Source: an uncultured Verrucomicrobiota bacterium (GTDB lineage Bacteria > Verrucomicrobiota > Kiritimatiellia > CAIQIC01 > Lenti-01). From it: a stretch of DNA of 64,000 nt. The notes under the pieces were generated by a model. That model did no database searches, was not told the DNA's origin, and was given only the letters and a program-made list of their open reading frames with translations. The position numbers and the translations under genes are program-made. The stretch spans positions 518 to 64,517 of the forward strand of contig CAZGMQ010000004.1 of NCBI GenBank assembly GCA_964526745.1. The letters are read 5' to 3'. Below, in pieces: positions 45,546 through 53,664 of the stretch (within the stretch, counting starts at the first letter, position 1; each line of letters starts with the position of its first letter).

Positions 45546-46712
45546 ATGAATGCCATAGAAGCTCACAATCTTGGAAAATGCTACACCCGCAAGGGGCTTG
45601 GCGCGCCCACGCTGTTTGGCGCGCTGACTGGCAGCTTCCGCAGCAAGAACGAACCCTTCTGGTGCCTGCGCAATGCGACCTTCGAAATCCCGAAGGGCCG
45701 CACCATCGGCGTCATCGGTCCCAACGGCTCCGGCAAGAGTTCGCTGCTCGGCCTGACCGCCGGCACCATCACCCCCACCGAAGGCACGATCACTACCACC
45801 GGCCGTGTCTGCTCGCTCCTGGAGCTCGGTGCCGGATTCCATCCCGACCTCACCGGCCGCGAAAACGTCTTCCTGAATGCCGCCCTGCTGGGCATCCCCC
45901 GCGAGGATGTGAAAAAGAAATTCGACAAGATCGTCGACTTCGCCGAACTGCGCGAATTCATCGATATGCCCGTGAAGCACTACTCCAGTGGCATGTATGT
46001 CCGCCTTGGTTTTGCCGTCGCCGTCGAGGTGGAGCCCGATATCCTGCTCATCGACGAAGTCCTCGCCGTCGGCGATATTGGATTCCAGCTCAAGTGCCTC
46101 GACCGCATCCGCGACTTCCAGAAACGCGGAAAGACCCTCCTGTTTGTTAGTCATGCGCTGCAGACCGTTGAAGAATTCTGCCACGAAGCCTTCCTGATTC
46201 ATCACGGCCAGCTCGTCGAACGTGGCGACCCCGGTGATGTCATCATGAAGTTCATCCGCTCCTACATGGGCGAGGGAGGGGGACTCTTCACGCAGGAATT
46301 CGGGACCCGCAAAATCGAGTTCGGCGACGTTCGACTCCTGAATACCGCCGGCGAAGAAACCGTCAACTTTGAAACCGGCGGCTCCCTGACCGTCGAAATC
46401 CCCTATACGGCCCACGAGCGCGTCGAGAAGCCCGTCTTTGGGTTCTCCCTGAAGACCGGCAATGGCATGTATGTCTACGGCAGCAACACGCAGATCGAAA
46501 AACACGACATTCCCTTTGTCGAAGGCGAGGGGACCATCAAACTCGATCTGGGTCCCGTGCGCCTGATGCACGGCAACTATTTCCTGTCGCTCGCCGTCCA
46601 CTCCTGGGATCACGCCGAACAGTTCCATCGCCGCGAAGACTGGTGGCCGTTTGCCGTACGAAATCCCACCGGCGCCCTCGGCATGTTCCAGCTCGACAGT
46701 AGCTGGTCCTGA
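45546..46712 (+). CDS. wzt: ABC polysaccharide export ATPase with C-terminal carbohydrate-binding domain (Wzt)
   Basis: GPNGSGKS, YSSGM, IDEVLAVGD, VSH; about 150-aa Wzt_C-like extension. Confidence 0.94.
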   Translation: MNAIEAHNLGKCYTRKGLGAPTLFGALTGSFRSKNEPFWCLRNATFEIPKGRTIGVIGPNGSGKSSLLGLTAGTITPTEGTITTTGRVCSLLELGAGFHPDLTGRENVFLNAALLGIPREDVKKKFDKIVDFAELREFIDMPVKHYSSGMYVRLGFAVAVEVEPDILLIDEVLAVGDIGFQLKCLDRIRDFQKRGKTLLFVSHALQTVEEFCHEAFLIHHGQLVERGDPGDVIMKFIRSYMGEGGGLFTQEFGTRKIEFGDVRLLNTAGEETVNFETGGSLTVEIPYTAHERVEKPVFGFSLKTGNGMYVYGSNTQIEKHDIPFVEGEGTIKLDLGPVRLMHGNYFLSLAVHSWDHAEQFHRREDWWPFAVRNPTGALGMFQLDSSWS

Positions 46713-46754
46713 CCCTCAAGCCGCCCAACGGCGGCATGAGCCGAAGACCAAAAG

Positions 46755-46824
46755 TTTCCACACTGTGGAAACATTTTTTCCATACCATGGAAAAACTACG
46801 AAAATAGTTTCCATACCATGGAAA
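46755..46824. repeat. Dispersed palindromic repeat, copy C (three units)
   Basis: Units at 46755-46771, 46777-46793 and 46808-46824; inverted relative to copy A, 66/70 identical. Confidence 0.95.
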
Positions 46825-46826
46825 AC

Positions 46827-47726
46827 TCAGTGCACCACTTTGGCTCGGTAGGCCTTGATGGCCTCGTTCGCTTCATCGAAATACAGGTTCCCGAACTGCG
46901 TGTTATAGACCGGTGTCCCCAGATCCTCCCAAACATCGGAGAGCAGGTTTGTGGTGGTTTGCACTTGATAGCCGCGGTTGGAAAGGGAGCCCCAGGTCAG
47001 ATCCACGGCGGAGTCGATCATACAGACGATCGAGGTGGAGGCGGGAACCGTCACCGGTTCGCAGAGAAGGCTTCCGGTCCAGTTTGTCGGGATATTCAAT
47101 ACAATCGTGGACTCCACGTCCCCGTCCGGGCTCCAGAAGGTGCAGTCCACTTCATATTCGCCACCCCCGGGATAGACTCGGGCCGGGGGGCCAAGTTGGG
47201 ACACATCGAATTGGCCGTATCCCAAAGAATTGGTAAGCGTGAACAGCCGGACGGCATCCGGGGGAGTAGAGTTGCCACAGTTCACCTCCAGATTGGTTCG
47301 GGTGGCGGCGGGATAGAAGATATCGATCACTCCGCCGAACTGAATGATCTGAAATCCGATGTCACCCCCGGCCATTTTGATGTAGCCTCGGTTGACCGAC
47401 GAGTCGACCGCTCCCGCTGTGCCGCCATATAGTTCCAGACGGCCGTTGTTCTCAATATAGTCCGTGACACCGTCCATCATGATGCATAGGCCTCCGGCTG
47501 TGATTTCAATAGAATCCATCACATAGATGGGGGAGTGGGTGATGCTGCCACCATCCAGGATCAAAGTGGCATTGGGAAACACAACCGTACGCAAGAGGCT
47601 TTCTCCGGTGCCGACGGTGAGAGTTTCTCCGGAACGGACAAAGGTGTCGATTTGGGCGCTTGCCGTTCCGAGGCAGACGAGCAGAATCAGTGAGAAGAGG
47701 AACAATCGGGCCGTGGCGTTTTTCAT
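46827..47726 (-). CDS. Secreted protein with Gly-rich beta-repeat region and a short C-terminal beta domain
   Basis: Signal peptide MKNATARLFLFSLILLVCLGTASA; repeated hydrophobic-x-GG motifs; C-terminus VDLTWGSLSNRGYQVQTTTNLLSDVWEDLG; AGGAG RBS. Confidence 0.75.
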   Translation of the reverse strand: MKNATARLFLFSLILLVCLGTASAQIDTFVRSGETLTVGTGESLLRTVVFPNATLILDGGSITHSPIYVMDSIEITAGGLCIMMDGVTDYIENNGRLELYGGTAGAVDSSVNRGYIKMAGGDIGFQIIQFGGVIDIFYPAATRTNLEVNCGNSTPPDAVRLFTLTNSLGYGQFDVSQLGPPARVYPGGGEYEVDCTFWSPDGDVESTIVLNIPTNWTGSLLCEPVTVPASTSIVCMIDSAVDLTWGSLSNRGYQVQTTTNLLSDVWEDLGTPVYNTQFGNLYFDEANEAIKAYRAKVVH

Positions 47727-47830
47727 GGAGCGTCTCCTTACCCCTGCACTTCACAGGGACAAGTGTGAGTGTAGCCAACGGAAGGGGGGGTGCCAAGTGC
47801 GGGATTGTTAAAATTTCTGAATGTAGGCGC

Positions 47831-49504
47831 CTACGGCTTCTGCGCGGCGCTAAGCAGTTCTTCGGCGTGGCGCATGGCGACGCTGGTGGACTCGCGACCG
47901 CCGAGCATGCGGGCAAGTTCCTCGATGCGTGCCTGCTCTTCCAGCAGAACCACCTCGGTGCGGGTGCGGCCATCCTGCACGGACTTGCGAACAGCGTGCT
48001 GATGGGTCCCGCAGGCGGCTACGGGCGGTAGATGCGTGATGGCGATGACCTGGCGTCGCTGAGCGGCCTGTGCAAGCTTCCGGCCGACGGCATGGGCGGT
48101 TTCGCCGCCAACATTGGCGTCGATCTCGTCGAACACCAGCAGGGGGATCTGATCGGCCTCGGCCAGCACGACCTTGATACCGAGCATGACGCGGGAGATC
48201 TCGCCGGAAGAGGCGATGGCCCGGAGGGCATGCATCGGTTCGCCGACATTGGGGGCGAAGGCAAATTCGATGCCATCGAGGCCGGAGGAGGCAGGGGTCT
48301 CGACCGGAGTGAGCTGGATTTCAAAGGCACCGTGTTCAAACCCGAGGGCCCGCAGTTCATCGGTGATGGCGACCGCCAGTTTCTTGGAGGCGGCGGCCCG
48401 CTTCTTGCTCAGGGCTTTGCCCAGGGTCATGAGCTCGGTTTCCACGATTGCGATTTCATTTTCGATCTGCGCCTTCTGCTGATCCCGGGTCTGCAGTTCT
48501 TTCAGGCGGGCCTGATCGCGCTCGAGGGTCTGGAGAATCTCTTCGATGGAGGGGCCGTACTTCCGCTTGAGGGCGGCGTAGGTGGCCAGACGCTGGTCGA
48601 GCCACTCCAGGCGCGCGGGGTCGCCTTCGATACGGGAGACTTCGCTCTCAATCGTGCTGGAGAGGGAGGCGAGGGCATCGGTGTGCTGCCGGAACTCTTC
48701 GGGCCAGTCGGCGGCCGCGGGCAGGAGCCGGGACAGTTCCTCCAGCGCCTGATGGGCCGGAGCGAGAATCGAAAGGGCGGAGTGTTCATCTTCCGTGCTG
48801 GCTTGTACGACCAGCTGACCGAGTTCCAGAATACGTTGGGCGCTGCCGACGGTCTGCTGCTCGGTGCGGAGGGCTTCTTCTTCGCCTTCTTCGGGGGAGG
48901 CTTCTTCGATTTCTTTGACCCGGTAGGAGAGCAAATCAATCTGGGCATCCAAGTCGTCGACGTTCTCGGAGAGTTTCTCGCGGCGGGCGAGCAGATCCTG
49001 CCAGCGCCCATAGGCCTCGGTGTAGGGGACGCGGTCTTTGCCTGTGCGGGCATAGATATCGAGGATGTCGAGCTGACTGGAGGTCTGGAAGAGGGATTGG
49101 TGGTCGTGGGGGCCGTGCAGGTCGACCAGGATGCGGCCCAGGCGCTTCAGCAGCGGAAGGGTGACGGTCACATCGTTGACGAAGGCCTGCCCGCCGCCGC
49201 CGGCTTTGACTTTGCGTCGCAGAATGAGGAGTCCGTCTTCACAGGGATCCAGTCCGGCCTCATCGAGCACATCATTGACGGCCTTGGGGGCGGTGAGCTG
49301 GAAAGTGGCCTCGACGAGACACTGGGTTTCCCCGGCGCGGATGGCCGAGGTGTCGGCGCGTTCACCCAGCAGGAGAGTCAGGGCACCGATCAGGATGGAT
49401 TTGCCTGCGCCGGTTTCGCCGGTGATGATGTTCAGCCCCGGCTCAAACGAGACGGCGGCTTCTTCCACCAGGGCCAGGTTTTGTACTCTCAACAGCGTCA
49501 GCAT
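47831..49504 (-). CDS. recN: DNA repair protein RecN
   Basis: ITGETGAGKS, LVDLHGPHDHQ, long coiled coil, ASSGEISRVML, FDEIDANVGG, VIAITHLPPVA. Confidence 0.97.
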   Translation of the reverse strand: MLTLLRVQNLALVEEAAVSFEPGLNIITGETGAGKSILIGALTLLLGERADTSAIRAGETQCLVEATFQLTAPKAVNDVLDEAGLDPCEDGLLILRRKVKAGGGGQAFVNDVTVTLPLLKRLGRILVDLHGPHDHQSLFQTSSQLDILDIYARTGKDRVPYTEAYGRWQDLLARREKLSENVDDLDAQIDLLSYRVKEIEEASPEEGEEEALRTEQQTVGSAQRILELGQLVVQASTEDEHSALSILAPAHQALEELSRLLPAAADWPEEFRQHTDALASLSSTIESEVSRIEGDPARLEWLDQRLATYAALKRKYGPSIEEILQTLERDQARLKELQTRDQQKAQIENEIAIVETELMTLGKALSKKRAAASKKLAVAITDELRALGFEHGAFEIQLTPVETPASSGLDGIEFAFAPNVGEPMHALRAIASSGEISRVMLGIKVVLAEADQIPLLVFDEIDANVGGETAHAVGRKLAQAAQRRQVIAITHLPPVAACGTHQHAVRKSVQDGRTRTEVVLLEEQARIEELARMLGGRESTSVAMRHAEELLSAAQKP

Positions 49505-49725
49505 GGAGGCAGGATAACGCAGGGACTGCCGGTGGGGAAGAGTAGATATCGGCGGGGTTCCGGGGTCGACGATATATGAAAATCCAGTTAAGGGCGGAGA
49601 CCTCCCTTGAATTCAGTCGGTTTTCGGCACAGGCTTGCGATGTGGAAGCGGATGACAGCGGCCTGTTGTCTGTTTCAATCGCTTGTGTGTCTGGACCGAG
49701 GTGAATCGAAAAAGGAGATGAGCGT

Positions 49726-50151
49726 ATGAAGACGATGAAATGGATCGGATGGTGCGGTGTGCTGTTGTTGGTGTCGAGTCTGATGTGGACGACTGGTTGC
49801 GGGAGTGACGGGGATGATGGCGATACCGTTGTGGTAACCAATTCGGTTACACCTCAGGCTTTGGTGGCACCGCAACTGGTGACGCCGGATAACAACAAGT
49901 CGTATAACTCATGGGGTGGAGTGCCTGTGGATGTGGGCTTTGAGTGGACTGCCGTACCCGGGGCTGTTTCTTATGTGGTTGAACTCAACGGGGCGCAGCA
50001 GTCGGTGTCGGCGACGACTTTGGTCAAGTCTCTCACGGGCGATGTCTATCAGTGGAGGGTCTGGGGGAAGGACTCCAGCGGAGCCAGCGGCCCGCCGAGT
50101 TCCACGTTCACGGTGACAGTTGTGGACGCAATCGGCCCGCCGCCCCCGTAA
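49726..50151 (+). CDS. Lipoprotein with FN3/Ig-like beta-sandwich (paralogue 1)
   Basis: Lipobox LMWTTGC, Asp/Gly/Thr linker, FEWTAVPGAVSYVVELNG...YQWRVWG; AAGGAG RBS. Confidence 0.8.
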   Translation: MKTMKWIGWCGVLLLVSSLMWTTGCGSDGDDGDTVVVTNSVTPQALVAPQLVTPDNNKSYNSWGGVPVDVGFEWTAVPGAVSYVVELNGAQQSVSATTLVKSLTGDVYQWRVWGKDSSGASGPPSSTFTVTVVDAIGPPPP

Positions 50152-50184
50152 CGGAACCGCAGTTGAACCATCTGACGGTGTGAC

Positions 50185-50219
50185 AGCCGGTCCGGGCAAG
50201 CTTCCGGACCGGCTTTTTT
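50185..50219 (+). terminator. Intrinsic terminator between the two lipoprotein genes
   Basis: AGCCGGTCCGG-GCAAGCTT-CCGGACCGGCT with a T6 run. Confidence 0.88.
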
Positions 50220-50331
50220 GTGCCCTGCCAACAATCTACTTCAGGGTCGACAATAATTTTCAGTGCAGGGGGGTACTACCTGACAGAGTGAGGCATCTGA
50301 ATCCTCGCAAGCCCCAATCAAGGAGAAGCAC

Positions 50332-50805
50332 ATGAAAACGACGAGCAAGGTGGGATGGATCAGCGTGGTACTGTTGAGTGCGGTTTGTTTGTGGACCACA
50401 GGCTGCGGTGGTGGTGATGGCGATCCCGGCAGCGACACCACAACGGTAGTTACCAATACGGTTGGAGGGACCACAACAGTGGTGACCAATGCCCCGGCTA
50501 CTCCGCCGGCCCAGCAACTGGTGGAGCCGCAGGTGATTTCGCCTCAGAGCGGTCTGGAGCTCTATTCGGGGAACCCGACACTCGGTGTGGAGTTTCATTG
50601 GACGGCGGTCCCGGGTGCCGTGGGCTACGTGCTGTCGGTGGATGGGATGCAATATGATGTGTCCTCCACCAAGACATCCTTGCGGCTGCCGGTGGGGATT
50701 CATACCTGGAGTGTCTGTGGCGTAATCTCCCGAACGGCCGGCAACGGGCCGTCTAGCAGTCAGGCCACGTTTGCCGTTCAGCCGATCGGCTTAGTCTTTC
50801 CCTGA
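50332..50805 (+). CDS. Lipoprotein with FN3/Ig-like beta-sandwich (paralogue 2)
   Basis: Lipobox CLWTTGC, Thr-rich linker, FHWTAVPGAVGYVLSVDG...HTWSVCG; AAGGAG RBS. Confidence 0.8.
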   Translation: MKTTSKVGWISVVLLSAVCLWTTGCGGGDGDPGSDTTTVVTNTVGGTTTVVTNAPATPPAQQLVEPQVISPQSGLELYSGNPTLGVEFHWTAVPGAVGYVLSVDGMQYDVSSTKTSLRLPVGIHTWSVCGVISRTAGNGPSSSQATFAVQPIGLVFP

Positions 50806-50831
50806 TTCTTCCCATTCAGGCCTCGCTTATC

Positions 50832-50871
50832 TCCGGCCCTCTCGCAGTCACGGATCTGCGGGAGGGCCGGA
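50832..50871. other. 16-bp stem-loop between convergent genes
   Basis: TCCGGCCCTCTCGCAG-TCACGGAT-CTGCGGGAGGGCCGGA (one G.U-compatible mismatch). Confidence 0.6.
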
Positions 50872-50881
50872 AGGCGGGCAC

Positions 50882-50910
50882 AAAAAACGCCGCCCGTTGC
50901 GGGGCGGCGT
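50882..50910 (-). terminator. Intrinsic terminator after ygeW
   Basis: ACGCCGCCC/GGGCGGCGT stem with A6 on the + strand (T6 on the - strand). Confidence 0.85.
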
Positions 50911-50932
50911 CGGAATCAACCGGAAGGGCTGA

Positions 50933-52351
50933 CTATTTCTTCTTGGCCTTCTTGACGATCTTCTTCGCGACCTTCTTTACTGGCTTCTTTGCGACTTTCT
51001 TAGCGGGCTTCTTGACCGCTTTCTTCACAACCTTTTTGGCTGCTTTTTTCGCAGGGGCCTTCTTCACAGCCTTTTTCGCCGTTTTCTTTGCCGGAGCCTT
51101 CTTCGCGACCTTCTTCTTGGCCTTCTTGACGACCTTCTTGGCGGCCTTCGGGGCGGGGACGGAGACATCCAGCACGCGTTCCATCGGATAGTCCATCAGT
51201 TCGGCGATGGTGCCGACGACGTCGGGCATCCGGTTGGTGAGCATCATGGAGGCGATGACGAAGGGCTTGTAACCGGCTTCCTTGTAGGTCGGAATGCGGT
51301 ACTTCTCAAAGACCTTGGCGGAGACTTCGCCGGCCTTGCAGGAGATGTCGGTGATGTCGGCGGGCAGGCAATGCATATACAGGGCCTTGCCCTTCTTCGT
51401 CAGCTTCATCTTCTTCTCGTCGCATTCCCAGTTTTTGTACTTGGCATTCTGCTTGAGACAGGATGCCTCCAGCTTCTTCAGACCGGCCTGATTGTTGGCG
51501 TTCAGCAGGTCGGTGCGCTTCTGCATGACCTGATAGGAAGCCCAGGACTTCGGATAGACAATGTCGGCATCCTTGAACGCGGCCGCCATGGAGGAAACCT
51601 GCTTGAAGGATCCGCCGCTGGCCTTGGCCTGCTTGCGAGCCAGCTTGACCACATCCGGGATGAGATCATACCCCGGCGGGTGGGCGAGCGTGACATCCAT
51701 GCCGAAGCGGGTCATCAGACCGATGATGCCCTGCGGGACGGAGAGAGGCTTGCCATAGGACGGGCTGTAGGCCCAGGTCATGGCGATCTTCTTGCCCTTG
51801 AGGGCTTCCAGGGAACCAAAGTGTTCCTTGAGCCAGCACAGGTCGGCCATGCTCTGGGTGGGATGGTCAATATCGCACTGCAGATTGATCACGCCGGGAC
51901 GCTGGGGCAGGACACCTTCTTTATGTCCGTCATCGAGGGCTTCGGCGACTTCGGTCATGTAGGTGTGGCCAGCGCCAAGATACATGTCATCGCGGATGCC
52001 GACGATCTGGGACAGGAAGGAGATCATATTCGCCGTTTCACGGACGGTTTCGCCGTGAGCGACCTGCGACTTGCTTTCGTCCAGATCCTGGACGGCCAGA
52101 CCGAGGAGGTTGGCGGCCGAGGCGAACGAGAAGCGGGTGCGGGTGGAGTTGTCGCGGAAGTTGGAGATCGCCAGGCCCGAGTCAAAGACGCGCAGGGAGA
52201 TATTCTGCCCATAGAGAGTCTTCAGCAGCTCAGCGACCTGGAGCACGAGTTTCAGTTCATCGGCGGACTTATCCCACGTCAGCAGGAAATCTTTTCCGTA
52301 GAGGCTGACCTTCAGCTTGCGGATGGATTTGAGCATATCAACAGCGTTCAT
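50933..52351 (-). CDS. ygeW: Knotted carbamoyltransferase YgeW with C-terminal Lys/Ala/Val-rich tail
   Basis: KDFLLTW, FRDNSTRTRFSFASA, HGETVRETANMIS, NLQCDIDHPTQ, WAYSPSYGKPLSVPQG, YMHCLPAD, YKEAGYKP; then a 74-aa xxKK repeat tail. Confidence 0.92.
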   Translation of the reverse strand: MNAVDMLKSIRKLKVSLYGKDFLLTWDKSADELKLVLQVAELLKTLYGQNISLRVFDSGLAISNFRDNSTRTRFSFASAANLLGLAVQDLDESKSQVAHGETVRETANMISFLSQIVGIRDDMYLGAGHTYMTEVAEALDDGHKEGVLPQRPGVINLQCDIDHPTQSMADLCWLKEHFGSLEALKGKKIAMTWAYSPSYGKPLSVPQGIIGLMTRFGMDVTLAHPPGYDLIPDVVKLARKQAKASGGSFKQVSSMAAAFKDADIVYPKSWASYQVMQKRTDLLNANNQAGLKKLEASCLKQNAKYKNWECDEKKMKLTKKGKALYMHCLPADITDISCKAGEVSAKVFEKYRIPTYKEAGYKPFVIASMMLTNRMPDVVGTIAELMDYPMERVLDVSVPAPKAAKKVVKKAKKKVAKKAPAKKTAKKAVKKAPAKKAAKKVVKKAVKKPAKKVAKKPVKKVAKKIVKKAKKK

Positions 52352-52404
52352 ATTAATCCTTCTTGTTTTCTTCTATATCAGTTCTGTTATTTTTGACTGA
52401 GGGG

Positions 52405-52432
52405 ATGCTACCAAAGCGCGGGAAAGTGGCAA
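52405..52432 (-). promoter_or_regulatory. Probable sigma70 promoter of ygeW
   Basis: Minus strand TTGCCA (52432-52427), 16-bp spacer, TAGCAT (52410-52405). Confidence 0.6.
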
Positions 52433-52481
52433 CACAGGAAATACAAAAATGCGGGATTTCGAAGGCCATCGAGCGGCGCGC

Positions 52482-53663
52482 TTACAGCTTTTCAAGATCG
52501 GCCTGTTCCCGCAGCTGAATCAGCGCCGCGATCTTGGGGACATACATGCGGGTTTCCGCGGGCAGCTTGTGGTGGATATCGGCAAAGGTTGTCCCGTTGG
52601 TTTTCCGGAGGGTTTTCGAGAGCCGTCCCTCGCCGCAGTTATAGGCGGCCAGCGCCAGGGGCCAGCTGTGGAAGCGTCCATGGAGGCGCTTGAGATACTG
52701 GGCGGCCGCGCGGGCATTTTTATAGGCATCCAGACGTTCGTCTTTCGGGGTGAGGCGGAGACCGAACGATTTAGCGGTGGCCGGCATGAACTGGTAGAGG
52801 CCCGCCGCGCCCACGGGGCTGCGGGCGGCCGGATTAAATGTGGATTCGGCTTCCGCCTGCCAGACGAGTTCTGTGGGAACGCCCTCGGAGCGGAAGATCT
52901 GTTTCAACGTCGGCAGCATGGCCGGGGCCCGGGCGGGGACGGGGCGCCCTTTCAGTTTGCGGAGCCAGGACTGTTTGTTTTCTGCATAGAGGGTGGGGGC
53001 CTTCGATTGAACGGATGGATTAACCTCTACAGGAGGAGCCGGCGGGGGTGTCTTGGGATGCGGCGGCAGTTTTCCGACCGTCGGCAGTGTTTTGGGATGA
53101 GGTGGCAACGGTTTCTGGGGCGTCTTGGGGTGAGGCGGCAGAGGCTGTTGAGGCGTCTTGGGGTGAGGCGGCAGAGGCTGTTGAGGCGTCTTGGGATGAG
53201 GCGGCAAATTAGGCTTGGACGTCGGATGCGGCGGCAGGGGGGACGTGGACGGGGCCGTGGTCGTCGGTTTTTTCGATGCGGTCGGGAGCCTTCGCTGTTC
53301 TTCTTCGGCCATTTCAAAGAAATCCATTCGGGCCTCCAGCCAGTCGGCGTAGCCCTGTGTTTTCGGATCCGCCCGCAACTGGGCCAGCGTGGCTTTGGCC
53401 TGAGGTGCAACCGCGGCCAACTCTGTCAGACTTTCGCCGGCCAGTGCCTGCTGCATAGGGGCAACCAGTTCATTCAGCTCCTCGGCGGATACAAATTCAT
53501 ATTCTTCTTGGACCGATGCTGGAGCCATCCGTTCGAAAATTTCCTGTCCAGCTTCTGATATCTGCTCGGTATCCAGCTCCCATTCGTCGAGGAAAGCCGA
53601 AGCCGGCCTCGCAGAAAGAAGGACGAGGAATGGTAGAATCCAGATGAGGCGATTCGAGGACAT
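52482..53663 (-). CDS. Lytic transglycosylase (SLT/MltD-like, no LysM) with Pro-rich repeat linker
   Basis: Signal-like N-terminus (MSSNRLIWILPFLVLL), LPPHPK repeats, AEAESTFNP, AAGLYQFMPATA, LAAYNCGEG, ETRMYVPK. Confidence 0.9.
   Translation of the reverse strand: MSSNRLIWILPFLVLLSARPASAFLDEWELDTEQISEAGQEIFERMAPASVQEEYEFVSAEELNELVAPMQQALAGESLTELAAVAPQAKATLAQLRADPKTQGYADWLEARMDFFEMAEEEQRRLPTASKKPTTTAPSTSPLPPHPTSKPNLPPHPKTPQQPLPPHPKTPQQPLPPHPKTPQKPLPPHPKTLPTVGKLPPHPKTPPPAPPVEVNPSVQSKAPTLYAENKQSWLRKLKGRPVPARAPAMLPTLKQIFRSEGVPTELVWQAEAESTFNPAARSPVGAAGLYQFMPATAKSFGLRLTPKDERLDAYKNARAAAQYLKRLHGRFHSWPLALAAYNCGEGRLSKTLRKTNGTTFADIHHKLPAETRMYVPKIAALIQLREQADLEKL
53050..53245 (-). repeat. Intragenic 33-bp (11-aa) tandem repeat encoding LPPHPK units
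   Basis: GGCGTCTTGGGGTGAGGCGGCAGAGGCTGTTGA is perfectly duplicated at 53119-53184, with degenerate flanking copies; six LPPHP cores in the protein. Confidence 0.9.
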
Positions 53664-53664
53664 A

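Noticed and set aside
46818-47432. Plus-strand ORF starting inside repeat C (also 24263..24451 and 24346..24546 across repeat A)
   Set aside because: They start at ATGs created by the palindromes, overlap real genes or promoter DNA, and lack an RBS or motifs.
47781-47798. Sigma54-like site upstream of the secreted protein (minus strand TTGGCACCCCCCTTCC)
   Set aside because: The -24 element fits but the -12 reads TTCC rather than TTGC; insufficient.
48032-49579. 515-aa plus-strand ORF opposite recN (and 58748..60334 opposite iorA, 38282..39319 opposite pta)
   Set aside because: Antisense shadows with no domain signatures.
49625-49639. Sigma54 promoter upstream of the first lipoprotein (CGGCACAGGCTTGC)
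   Set aside because: The GG-to-GC spacing is 9 nt, and sigma54 requires 10.
50933-51157. YgeW tail as a frameshift or low-complexity artefact
   Set aside because: It is in frame with the enzyme, uses varied synonymous codons rather than a perfect DNA repeat, and is followed by a proper terminator.
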